From a virus: 64,000 nt of DNA. Both the position numbers and the translations under genes were made by a program. The notes beneath the pieces are model-generated. The model saw only the letters and a list, made by a program, of their open reading frames with translations. It searched no databases and was not told the origin of the DNA. The stretch lies in IMG/VR virus record IMGVR_UViG_3300029953_000001; one strand, written 5' to 3'. Shown here piece by piece: positions 56,956 to 64,000 of this stretch (position 1 is the first letter of the stretch; each line of letters starts with the position of its first letter).

Positions 56956-57210
56956 AGAAAGGGAATCAATCGCGTATTGAGAAGTATGGCGTCTCACCAG
57001 AACACCTAAGCTATCTAAGTAAATTTAAATCCCAATAACAATGGTAAAACTCATTTTTACAACTCACGATTTACCCAGTCTTACTGTGAGAACTGGAAAT
57101 TGAGATAAATCACCTGTGAAACCAGTCTGCCAATATCTGGTTCCTAGATACCAGCGAGTCACAGAACTCGCGACAACACAAGATACAAATCAAAGGAAAA
57201 CGCTACGCCG

Positions 57211-60200
57211 ATGTCAATTAAGGCCCTGCAATCTTACACGTTCCATTCGAAGTATGCCCGTTACAACCCTGAGCTAAAACGACGCGATACATGGTCAGAA
57301 TCAAATGATCGTGTGCTCAACATGCACCTGAGTCGCTATCCACAAATTGCCGAGGAACTGAACTGGGCATTCGAACAATCCAAAGCCAAGCGGGTACTTG
57401 GGAGCCAACGGGCTCTCCAGTATGCTGGTACACCCGTGCTCCGCAAGCACGCTCGTGTTTACAATTGCACTGTCTCCTACTGCGACCGTCTCCGCTTCTT
57501 CCAAGAATCCCTATGGTTATTGCTGTGTGGCTCTGGTGTAGGGTTCTCCGTTCAGAAGCACCACGTTGCCAAACTGCCTGACTTCCTCGAAGGCCGTCAG
57601 TTGGGCGTCCCACAGCGTGAAGTTGAGTTCTACATCCCCGATGACATCGAGGGATGGGCTGATGCTCTCGGCAACCTGCTTGCCACGTACTTCCCTCACC
57701 CGGATTACCCGGAGTGTGCGGGTGCGAACATCAAGTTCAATTACAGCCTCATCCGTCCGAAGGGCTCCAAGCTTTCGTCCGGTGTAGGTAAGGCACCCGG
57801 CCCCGAACCACTGGCTAAGTCACTGGAAGCCATCCGTGGACTCCTCGACCGCTGCTTGGCTGATGGACAGGCTCGTCTCCGTTCCATCGACGCCTACGAC
57901 GTTGTGATGCACGCCAGCGATGCCGTGCTCTCAGGTGGCGTCCGTCGCTCAGCGACCATCTGCATCTTCTCGCCGGACGATGATTTGATGGCACGTGCCA
58001 AAATTGGCGACTGGTACTACACCAACCCGCAGCGTGGCCGTTCCAACAACTCCGCGATGCTCGTGCGTAGCGCAACCAGCCGTGAAGACTTTCATGGACT
58101 AATGGGGTGGGTTAAGCAGTTTGGGGAACCGGGCTTTGTGTGGTCGGACTCCACTGAGATGATGTTTAATCCTTGTTTTCATCCTGAGGAAAGAATCTCC
58201 ACCATAAATGGGATGGAACGGCTGATTGATATGTTCCATACAGGTCAACCTAATCAGGTAGCTTATGATTCCCGTGCAGGTAAGTCCGATGAGCTTGACC
58301 TCAATCGCAAGGGGATTCAACTGTCCTCGGCATCAAAGGTCAAACTTACCCAAACTCAGGCCCCCTTGTTTCAGTTGAACACTGAGCATGGCCACACCCT
58401 CAGGGTCACCGAGAACCACGAATTTCCGACCTTACGGGGGAGGCTGAAGCTAAGCTCTCTGGTACCCGGAGATACACTCCTACTCCCCTCGGCGGAACTC
58501 CCCTTTGGTAAGGACGGCTCGTTCGCCGCAGGTTTGGTACTCGGACTTATCACCGGGGACGGCTTCGTCAGTGGTCATCAAGCCTTCGTGGACGTGTGGA
58601 AAGCTGACTTCGATGTCTTAGACACGGTAAAGGAGTACATTCACTCGCTTATCGAACAGGTTCCTAGCAACGCCAATGGTGTCCGTGAGTATACCCAGTT
58701 GGATTGGGTGAAGCAGGGGGAGGACAAACGCAGGATAGGCGGACTGCGTCTCTATCGGTTCTTGAGGGAGAACTTGAACATCGAAGACCCGGCGACGATC
58801 AAGGATAATATTCCTGAGTGTGTATGGCGTGGGTGTCGGGAGATGGTGGTGGGTTACCTACAAGGACTTATGTTTGCAGACGGTGGCTTGAATCTGAGTG
58901 ACCACAAAAAAGTACCTACTTTCTCTTGGCGACTTAACCAGAGCAATGAAGCCCTGCTGGTAGAGGTGCAGAGGTTGTTCGCGATGTTCGCGGTGGTTTC
59001 GAGGGTAACTCCGCGTAGAAAGGCGGGGCGAACCCTTCTTCCCGATGGGCGCGGTGGCTCTAAACTCTATGCTACCAAAGACAACTTCGAACTCATTTTG
59101 AATCGACCTAATAGTATTAGGGCATACGAGGTCGTAGGGTGTTTCGGTCGCAAGAAGGATATCCTTCAGTCTCTGATGGGGTACTGTGGGACAAATTGTC
59201 GTAAACCGGAACGATTCATTACCAAAGTAAAATCCATCACACCTTGTGGTGTGTCCGATGTGTACTGCCTTACTCAATACACTTCCAACACCGTCATAGC
59301 AAATGGTTTGGTTACGGGTCAGTGTGTTGAAATTGGCATGTACCCGGTCGATGTCACCACTGGTCTCAGCGGATGGGCGTTCTGCAATCTCTGCGAAATC
59401 AATGGCAAGAAGTGCAAGACCAAGGAAGACTTCGCTATCGCTGCTAGGGCTGCTGCCATCATCGGCACGGCACAGGCTGGCTACACCGACTTCGAATACC
59501 TTGGTCAGACTACCAAGAACATCGCCGACCGTGAGGCCCTTCTGGGTGTCAGCATCACCGGCATGATGGACTCGCCGGAGATTCTCTTCGACCCTAAAAT
59601 TCAGCGTGAGATGGCACAGCTTGTTGTCGCCACCAACAAGGAAATCGCGGCGAAGATTGGTATCCGTCAGGCAGCACGTTGCACTTGCGTGAAGCCAGCC
59701 GGAACCACGTCCTGCATCCTCGGCACATCGAGCGGTATTCACGCTCACCACTCCAAGCGTTACATCCGCCGCGTTCAAGCCAACATGCTGGAAGCTCCAT
59801 ACCAGTTCTTGGCTGAGAAGAACCCGCGTGCGGTGGAGAAGAGCGTGTGGTCGAAGAATGGCACCGACTCGGTGATTGCATTTTGTATCGAGACGGCTGA
59901 AGGTGCTCGTACCCGCAAGGATATGACCGCCATCAAGCTGCTTGAGCATGTACGTTTGACGCAGAACAACTGGGTGGAAGCTGGCCGCAATGCTGAGCTT
60001 TGCACACAACCCTATCTTCGTCACAACGTGTCGAACACCATCAACGTCCGCCCTGATGAATGGGACGAGGTTGAAGCCTACATCTACGAGCACCGTCAGG
60101 ATTTCGCGGGTGTGTCCTTGCTTTCTAGCACGGGTGACCTTGATTATCCTCAGGCTCCCTTCAGTGCCATTCACACCCCGGCTGAAATCGTCAAGCTGTA

Positions 60201-60633
60201 TGGCGACGGAAGCTTGATGGCTTCGGGTCTTATTGTCGATGGCCTCGCGGCGTTCGATAACAACCTATGGTTGGCTTGCGACTACGTGAACGGTGTCAAC
60301 AAGCTGGAGTGCCCGGAACCGGTGGCAGTTGTTGACGATAACGGTAATGAGATTCACCCCACGGAAATCGAGATGGCTGAACGTGAGGAAGTCTTCAAGT
60401 GTGCTGTGAAGCGTGACTGGATTCGTCGTGCTCATCAGTTCTCTGACCGCTACTTCGAGGGCGACCGTAAGCTCATGAGTTACTGCCTGAAGGAAGTTCA
60501 CAACTGGAAGTATTGGTGCGACCTTCAGCGTGAGTACGTCGATGTAGACTACAAAGACCTCATCGAAGAAGAAGACAACACCAAGATTCAGGACACGGTA
60601 GCTTGCGCTGGAGGTGTGTGTAGTTTTATGTAG
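57211..60633 (+). CDS. nrdJ: class II (adenosylcobalamin-dependent, NrdJ-like) ribonucleotide reductase, interrupted by an in-frame intein
   Basis: Extein joins to ...MMFNP|CVEIGMY (NPCxEI thiyl-radical loop) with downstream FCNL (cf. the RTPR loop TNPCGEISLANGEPCNL, recalled from memory). 757 aa extein after removing the 383 aa intein. Confidence 0.8.
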   Translation: MSIKALQSYTFHSKYARYNPELKRRDTWSESNDRVLNMHLSRYPQIAEELNWAFEQSKAKRVLGSQRALQYAGTPVLRKHARVYNCTVSYCDRLRFFQESLWLLLCGSGVGFSVQKHHVAKLPDFLEGRQLGVPQREVEFYIPDDIEGWADALGNLLATYFPHPDYPECAGANIKFNYSLIRPKGSKLSSGVGKAPGPEPLAKSLEAIRGLLDRCLADGQARLRSIDAYDVVMHASDAVLSGGVRRSATICIFSPDDDLMARAKIGDWYYTNPQRGRSNNSAMLVRSATSREDFHGLMGWVKQFGEPGFVWSDSTEMMFNPCFHPEERISTINGMERLIDMFHTGQPNQVAYDSRAGKSDELDLNRKGIQLSSASKVKLTQTQAPLFQLNTEHGHTLRVTENHEFPTLRGRLKLSSLVPGDTLLLPSAELPFGKDGSFAAGLVLGLITGDGFVSGHQAFVDVWKADFDVLDTVKEYIHSLIEQVPSNANGVREYTQLDWVKQGEDKRRIGGLRLYRFLRENLNIEDPATIKDNIPECVWRGCREMVVGYLQGLMFADGGLNLSDHKKVPTFSWRLNQSNEALLVEVQRLFAMFAVVSRVTPRRKAGRTLLPDGRGGSKLYATKDNFELILNRPNSIRAYEVVGCFGRKKDILQSLMGYCGTNCRKPERFITKVKSITPCGVSDVYCLTQYTSNTVIANGLVTGQCVEIGMYPVDVTTGLSGWAFCNLCEINGKKCKTKEDFAIAARAAAIIGTAQAGYTDFEYLGQTTKNIADREALLGVSITGMMDSPEILFDPKIQREMAQLVVATNKEIAAKIGIRQAARCTCVKPAGTTSCILGTSSGIHAHHSKRYIRRVQANMLEAPYQFLAEKNPRAVEKSVWSKNGTDSVIAFCIETAEGARTRKDMTAIKLLEHVRLTQNNWVEAGRNAELCTQPYLRHNVSNTINVRPDEWDEVEAYIYEHRQDFAGVSLLSSTGDLDYPQAPFSAIHTPAEIVKLYGDGSLMASGLIVDGLAAFDNNLWLACDYVNGVNKLECPEPVAVVDDNGNEIHPTEIEMAEREEVFKCAVKRDWIRRAHQFSDRYFEGDRKLMSYCLKEVHNWKYWCDLQREYVDVDYKDLIEEEDNTKIQDTVACAGGVCSFM
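58174..59322 (+). mobile_element. intein (383 aa) with LAGLIDADG homing endonuclease domain, inserted at the catalytic Cys of NrdJ; C-terminus ...IANGLVTGQ|C
   Basis: Block A CFHPEERISTINGM. Two LAGLIDADG motifs (AAGLVLGLITGDGFV, VVGYLQGLMFADGGL). Block G-like VIANGLVTGQ followed by Cys+1. Terminal Gly-Gln instead of His-Asn. Confidence 0.8.
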
Positions 60634-60701
60634 AGGGGGGTTCAGTGAACAACTTTGACCTACTAATTATCTGACTATTCAAAGACCCCCGTAGATTTGC
60701 T

Positions 60702-61004
60702 TTGGTGCCATTTTCTAGCCATCCCGGTGAGACAAATCCTTTCTTTGGAAAGACCCACACTGATGAGGCTAAGAAATCTATCTCCCTAAAGAACAAAGGG
60801 AGGGTGGTGACAACTATCCTTAGAAAGATTCGAGCAGAAAACGCAAACGGTAGTAATAACTCACAGTATGGTAAACGCTTTAAATTTGTTACAGACGGTA
60901 ACGTGACCAAGAAGCTCCCTATAGATGAGGTGGATGCCTTCTTGTCTAGTCATGATGAGTTCAGTCTGGGAAACCCCAAAAGGAAAGGGTTACATGGAAA
61001 CTAA
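60702..61004 (+). pseudogene. NUMOD3-only ORF: probable remnant of a homing endonuclease DNA-binding domain
   Basis: NPFFGKTHTDEAKKSIS and NSQYGKRF match NUMOD3 repeats of GIY-YIG/HNH endonuclease C-termini. No catalytic domain in any frame upstream (60634..60701). Confidence 0.45.
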
Positions 61005-61278
61005 CTTAGTTTTTTACATCACCAAGGTGGACGGCGGCGTAGTTGAGCAGCAGTTCACTATACCTGAGGATAAGGTGGAGGCTGTTATTCAGCAGCTTCT
61101 AGTTCAATATGCTCAGGTAGGAGTTATGAAGAAGGACGGTAATAAGGTCACCCTCACTCCCGCCAGTCAGATTAAACTCGTTGAGTGCGATATTCCTTCG
61201 TTGGTTATCGCTGCACCTACTGACACCGCTCGTGCGGCTCAGGCAGCGGACGGCATCAGGAAGCTTACTCTCGTCTAA
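60994..61278 (+). CDS. small hypothetical protein (94 aa; track ORF 60925..61278 trimmed to ATG with AAAGGAAAGGG RBS)
   Basis: METNLVFYITKVDGG...; followed by the intrinsic terminator at 61299. Confidence 0.5.
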   Translation: METNLVFYITKVDGGVVEQQFTIPEDKVEAVIQQLLVQYAQVGVMKKDGNKVTLTPASQIKLVECDIPSLVIAAPTDTARAAQAADGIRKLTLV

Positions 61279-61298
61279 GTGTAGTTGAACAAAATGGA

Positions 61299-61335
61299 GA
61301 CCGGCACGTCGCAACCGTGCCGGTCTTTTTGTTTT
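61299..61335 (+). terminator. rho-independent terminator
   Basis: GACCGGCACG-TCGCAAC-CGTGCCGGTC followed by TTTTTGTTTT. Confidence 0.8.
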
Positions 61336-61362
61336 CCTGACTCATTAGCAGAGGAATACACC

Positions 61363-61596
61363 ATGGAAGAGAACCTTGAGATTGTCAACCCGCAGGAACT
61401 TCGTGAAGAACAACTGCTTCGTCTAGTGGCTGTCTTCGTTCAACGCTTCGGTGGTGAGGTCACCCTCTCTGAGCGGGAGTTTGAGATGATGGAAGGTGCG
61501 GACATTTTTGCCAGTCACCCAGCCCCCGGCATCCTCAGGCTCCGCCTCTATGACGAGTGCTACGACATGGAAGAAACCTACTCCGAGACCGAGTAG
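61363..61596 (+). CDS. small acidic hypothetical protein (77 aa; track ORF 61285..61596 trimmed)
   Basis: ATG 61363 with AGAGGAAT RBS; upstream part of the track ORF overlaps the terminator hairpin. Confidence 0.45.
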   Translation: MEENLEIVNPQELREEQLLRLVAVFVQRFGGEVTLSEREFEMMEGADIFASHPAPGILRLRLYDECYDMEETYSETE

Positions 61597-61742
61597 CCGC
61601 CAAAATGGTTTTCCACATGTCAAGCACTATTTTCAAAGAAAAAATTTACTGAAATCAAAGGACTTGTCGCCGGGAACTTGGTGAAACCTCCCTGAAACCT
61701 CCCTGAAACCTCATGGTTTCAGCACTTTGCGCTGTACCCTCC

Positions 61743-61750
61743 TGTATAAT
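61743..61750 (+). promoter_or_regulatory. extended -10 promoter TGTATAAT ending 7 nt before ATG 61758 (leaderless transcript predicted)
   Basis: Same octamer as 32794..32801. Preceded by tandem TGAAACCTCCC x2.5 repeat (61683..61713). Confidence 0.45.
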
Positions 61751-61757
61751 AGAGGGT

Positions 61758-62564
61758 ATGAAGATAACGTTCAACAACAAGACTCATTGGCGGTCAGACC
61801 ACATCCGGGCGTTCATTGCACATGAACTGAAGGATGAGCGTCCCGACCTGTGCAAGCGTGGAGCCCCGGCCCTGAAGGTGAAGGTCACCTACACCCGACG
61901 TGCTGGTTCCTCATATAGCTCCGGCTGTGCCTACCTCAACTCAAACTGGATGAACATCCGACTCAGCAAGCATACCCCGGACAAGGTGGAACTTGGTCAT
62001 GTCATTGCTCATGAGCTTGCCCACACCCGTGGGATGAACCATGATAAGATGCGTGGGAACTCCCGCTACAGCCGTGTCGGCAGCTATCGTGAAGTCCATG
62101 CTTGGGCCAACGACCTTCCCCTCGAACGAGTGGAGAAGAAGTCGAGGAAGAAGCCGGTTGACCTGAAGCTTACTCACGCTCAGAAGATGCTCAAGGCTGC
62201 ACTGACGCGGGAGAAGCGTGCCATCACCCTCCGCAAGAAATGGGCGGCTAAGGTGAAGTATTACACCAAGAAAGGGGAGACTCCCCGAGTCGTCAACTCT
62301 AACCCCTTCCGTCAAACCCTCGGTGAGTGGGTCGAAGCACGAGGCTTTCGACTGGAGGGTAGTGTAGGCGACTACGAGGTCTCCGCACCGGATGGCTTCA
62401 ACTTGGGCGATGGAACCCACAGCCGGTTATGCACAAACGCTGCTGATGTTCGGACTATGGTAGATTCGTTCTGCCTTCAACTCTGCTCGGAAGGCTGTGA
62501 CTGCATGGAAAACAACACTGACCAAACTACGACCGACGACGGTATACTGGAGGTAACATGCTAA
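61758..62564 (+). CDS. putative zinc metalloprotease-like protein with metzincin motif HELAHTRGMNH (268 aa from ATG 61758; track ORF starts 61713)
   Basis: HExxHxxGxxH perfectly matched. Very basic middle region. C-terminal Cys cluster CTNAADVRTMVDSFCLQLCSEGCDC. Confidence 0.55.
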   Translation: MKITFNNKTHWRSDHIRAFIAHELKDERPDLCKRGAPALKVKVTYTRRAGSSYSSGCAYLNSNWMNIRLSKHTPDKVELGHVIAHELAHTRGMNHDKMRGNSRYSRVGSYREVHAWANDLPLERVEKKSRKKPVDLKLTHAQKMLKAALTREKRAITLRKKWAAKVKYYTKKGETPRVVNSNPFRQTLGEWVEARGFRLEGSVGDYEVSAPDGFNLGDGTHSRLCTNAADVRTMVDSFCLQLCSEGCDCMENNTDQTTTDDGILEVTC

Positions 62565-62857
62565 AACCTCGCTTTGACGAGACCATGAAGGGTCATCTCA
62601 AGACCCTCAGCCGTAGCAAGCCCACCTTGAAGTGCTCCAAGCACACCAAGTACAACCCTGCTCATGGTCGGGGAGCCATCACTGGCTCATGTAAAGGGTG
62701 CGAGGCTGCACTGGAAGCCTATGAGGCGTTCATCGGGCTACGACAAGCCGTTGCCAAATACCTGACGTTGATTGAACCATACGAGACCGCTAAACCCCGG
62801 AGTAAGCAGTTGGTATCTGCCACTTCGACTACTCTACCTTATTTGCTGAAGATGTAG
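62558..62857 (+). CDS. small Cys-rich hypothetical protein (99 aa)
   Basis: ORF overlapping upstream stop; CSKH...C.GC cluster. Confidence 0.45.
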   Translation: MLKPRFDETMKGHLKTLSRSKPTLKCSKHTKYNPAHGRGAITGSCKGCEAALEAYEAFIGLRQAVAKYLTLIEPYETAKPRSKQLVSATSTTLPYLLKM

Positions 62858-62885
62858 TACACTCACCCGGACAGGAGTCTGACTG

Positions 62886-63488
62886 ATGACATTTGATAGG
62901 TACGGACGTAAACTGAAGAGACGCCGGACGTGGAAGGCTCTACCCCTACTCTGGATTGGTGCAGCAGTGGTAGGAGCCGCCATTGCCGCCCCGACATGCA
63001 GCAAGTTCATCCCGACCACGACCGTGACCAAGGTGAAGAACCGTGTGAGTAAGACCACGGCAGACGCTTGGGCGAAGTGGCGTATCGCCCACCCCAACTG
63101 GAAGCCCAATCCCAAGGTCGTTAGACCAAAGTACAAGATGACGACTCAGGAAGCTGTAGCTAAGGTAGAGTTCGCTTGCCAAGCTACTATTCTCGATGTG
63201 ACCCCGCCAGAGATTCAACTGGATACGGTCTCGCCGCCCACCATTGAGTTGGCCCTGACCCCGGTCGAGCCTCCGCCTGTCACCCCTGATGTGGTAACCG
63301 ACACTACGCCGGACACGCCTCCGGACACGCCCCTGACGCCTGTGCTGTTCACTGCACTGTCCTCACCGCCCACGCTCATCCCCTCGTCGCCCCTTGCCCC
63401 CACTCCTGAGCCGGGAAGCCTGTGGCTGATGGGCACTGGTTTGCTCTTCGTCGCAGCCGGTGTGCAGTATCAGAAAAGAAAAGTGTAG
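62886..63488 (+). CDS. PEP-CTERM sorting-domain protein (200 aa): N-terminal signal/TM, Pro/Thr-rich linker, C-terminal PEP + TM + basic tail
   Basis: C-terminus TPEPGSLWLMGTGLLFVAAGVQYQKRKV matches the exosortase recognition domain. N-terminus KALPLLWIGAAVVGAAIAAP. Linker PPVTPDVVTDTTPDTPPDTPLTP. Confidence 0.7.
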   Translation: MTFDRYGRKLKRRRTWKALPLLWIGAAVVGAAIAAPTCSKFIPTTTVTKVKNRVSKTTADAWAKWRIAHPNWKPNPKVVRPKYKMTTQEAVAKVEFACQATILDVTPPEIQLDTVSPPTIELALTPVEPPPVTPDVVTDTTPDTPPDTPLTPVLFTALSSPPTLIPSSPLAPTPEPGSLWLMGTGLLFVAAGVQYQKRKV

Positions 63489-63778
63489 CGTTTTTCTGAC
63501 AACCGTGTATTATAGGTTCATACCACATTGGCTTAGCAAGCTACAGCTTCGAGGTATCAGACTTACGGGGTCGATGTGGAGTAAGGCCCCGGAAACCCTT
63601 TGTGGAAGTAGAAGCTGGCACTGTCAGGGCACCGGGGACAGCAAACCCCTCAAGCCGACGAAAGACTCAGGGAACGGTAGCAACCCGGACTGACCCACAA
63701 AGCTAATTGAAGAAATTCGAAAAATAGTTGTTGCAGTTTTCCCAATTTGTAGTATCTTATTCAAGAGGACATTTTCAC

Positions 63779-63907
63779 ATGAACAGCACTCGCTCCAACT
63801 CGACCGTAGCCGTAGCCCCCGCAGTAGCGGTCGGCGTCGTGCGTGTCGCAGCCGCCGCTGAAGATTGCGCGGGAGGCGAGATGCTGGCCTTGGGTGGTGG
63901 AAACTAA
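63779..63907 (+). CDS. possible small Ala/Val-rich ORF (42 aa), not in track
   Basis: ATG with AGAGGA RBS, preceded by TGTAGTATC promoter-like element, followed by terminator at 63931. Confidence 0.25.
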   Translation: MNSTRSNSTVAVAPAVAVGVVRVAAAAEDCAGGEMLALGGGN

Positions 63908-63930
63908 CTAAGTTAGAATCCAAACCAACC

Positions 63931-63961
63931 GAGGCCACCCTAACCGGGTGGCTTTCTTATT
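63931..63961 (+). terminator. rho-independent terminator
   Basis: AGGCCACCC-TAACC-GGGTGGCTT followed by TCTTATTT. Confidence 0.7.
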
Positions 63962-64000
63962 TGGTGGCAACAAATGCGGGGGTAGATTAGCGGCTAAATC

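Noticed and set aside
56956-57210. 255-nt untranslated leader upstream of nrdJ examined for a cobalamin riboswitch or NrdR box
   Set aside because: No B12-box (GCCACTG-like) core and no NrdR palindrome (acaCwAtATaTwGtgt-like) found; only a short hairpin GCGAGT-CACAGA-ACTCGC. Insufficient evidence for a riboswitch.
59257-59322. Alternative intein C-terminal boundary at ...QYTSN|T
   Set aside because: Would remove the catalytic Cys from the NPC loop. The boundary ...IANGLVTGQ|C instead restores NPCVEI plus the downstream FCNL and matches intein block G (xANGxxVHN) apart from the terminal GQ.
60925-61596. Track start codons for ORFs 60925..61278 and 61285..61596
   Set aside because: The 5' extensions overlap the upstream gene (60925) and the intrinsic terminator hairpin (61285). 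Internal ATGs with good RBS (60994, 61363) are more plausible starts.
61683-61713. Tandem repeat TGAAACCTCCC x2.5, considered as CRISPR-like or iteron
   Set aside because: Only 2.5 units of 11 bp with no spacers; too short for CRISPR. Sits immediately upstream of a promoter, so at most a regulatory repeat.
63489-63780. 290-nt non-coding stretch scanned for tRNA or other structured RNA
   Set aside because: No T-loop (GTTCRANYC) or cloverleaf-compatible acceptor pairing found; GC-rich local hairpins only.

Overview
This window reads as a large tailed-phage (or prophage) segment with 11 kb of accessory, lysis and regulatory genes sitting between two structural blocks, with a plus-strand replication and nucleotide-metabolism block at the right end.

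- Late structural/adsorption operon (26741 down to 331, minus strand, about 26 kb): it opens with a small duplicated zinc-ribbon protein. Nine consecutive giant genes follow, for fiber, adhesin or tailspike-like proteins (1265, 2028, 1111, 872, 228, 256, 1323, 902 and 561 aa). Their notable domains:
  - arrays of He_PIG/cadherin-like Ig repeats in the 1111 and 2028 aa proteins;
  - a C-terminal pectate-lyase-like beta-helix in the 1265 aa tailspike;
  - a Gly6-Cys junction followed by a Hint/intein-like C-terminal domain in the 872 aa fiber;
  - a degenerate Nudix box on the C-terminus of the 561 aa protein.
  The operon ends in a small ORF and a GIY-YIG homing endonuclease that runs off the window start.
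- Accessory, lysis and regulatory island (26.8-36.0 kb), bounded by intrinsic terminators:
  - a ParB/DndB-like (DGQHR-like) 417 aa protein;
  - a compact four-gene minus-strand operon (PD-(D/E)xK/VRR-NUC-like nuclease, AT-hook protein and two unknowns), closed off by a 20-bp perfect hairpin;
  - a solitary minimal nucleotidyltransferase;
  - a second GIY-YIG endonuclease overlapping a lambda-R-like lytic transglycosylase endolysin;
  - a secreted coiled-coil protein with a 3D domain.
- Tail/baseplate block (50996 down to 36008, minus strand): a putative tape measure protein (1068 aa) and large downstream tail proteins. A divergently transcribed membrane-protein moron with its own leaderless promoter sits inside this block.
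- Replication and nucleotide-metabolism block (53.5-64 kb, plus strand):
  - a DnaB-family helicase, then a 379 aa putative initiator whose coding sequence carries an iteron cluster (candidate origin), then a DnaC/IstB-like AAA+ loader;
  - a class II (B12-dependent, NrdJ-like) ribonucleotide reductase interrupted at its catalytic Cys by a 383 aa LAGLIDADG intein with a non-canonical Gly-Gln C-terminus;
  - a NUMOD3-only endonuclease remnant;
  - a metzincin-motif (HExxHxxGxxH) protein;
  - a PEP-CTERM (exosortase-sorting) protein.

Recurrent extended -10 promoters (TGTAYAAT and TGGTATACT) occur; two of them sit exactly 7 nt upstream of an ATG, implying leaderless mRNAs. No tRNA, rRNA, CRISPR array or integrase was found. 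All functional calls come from motifs read in the translations, not from searches.
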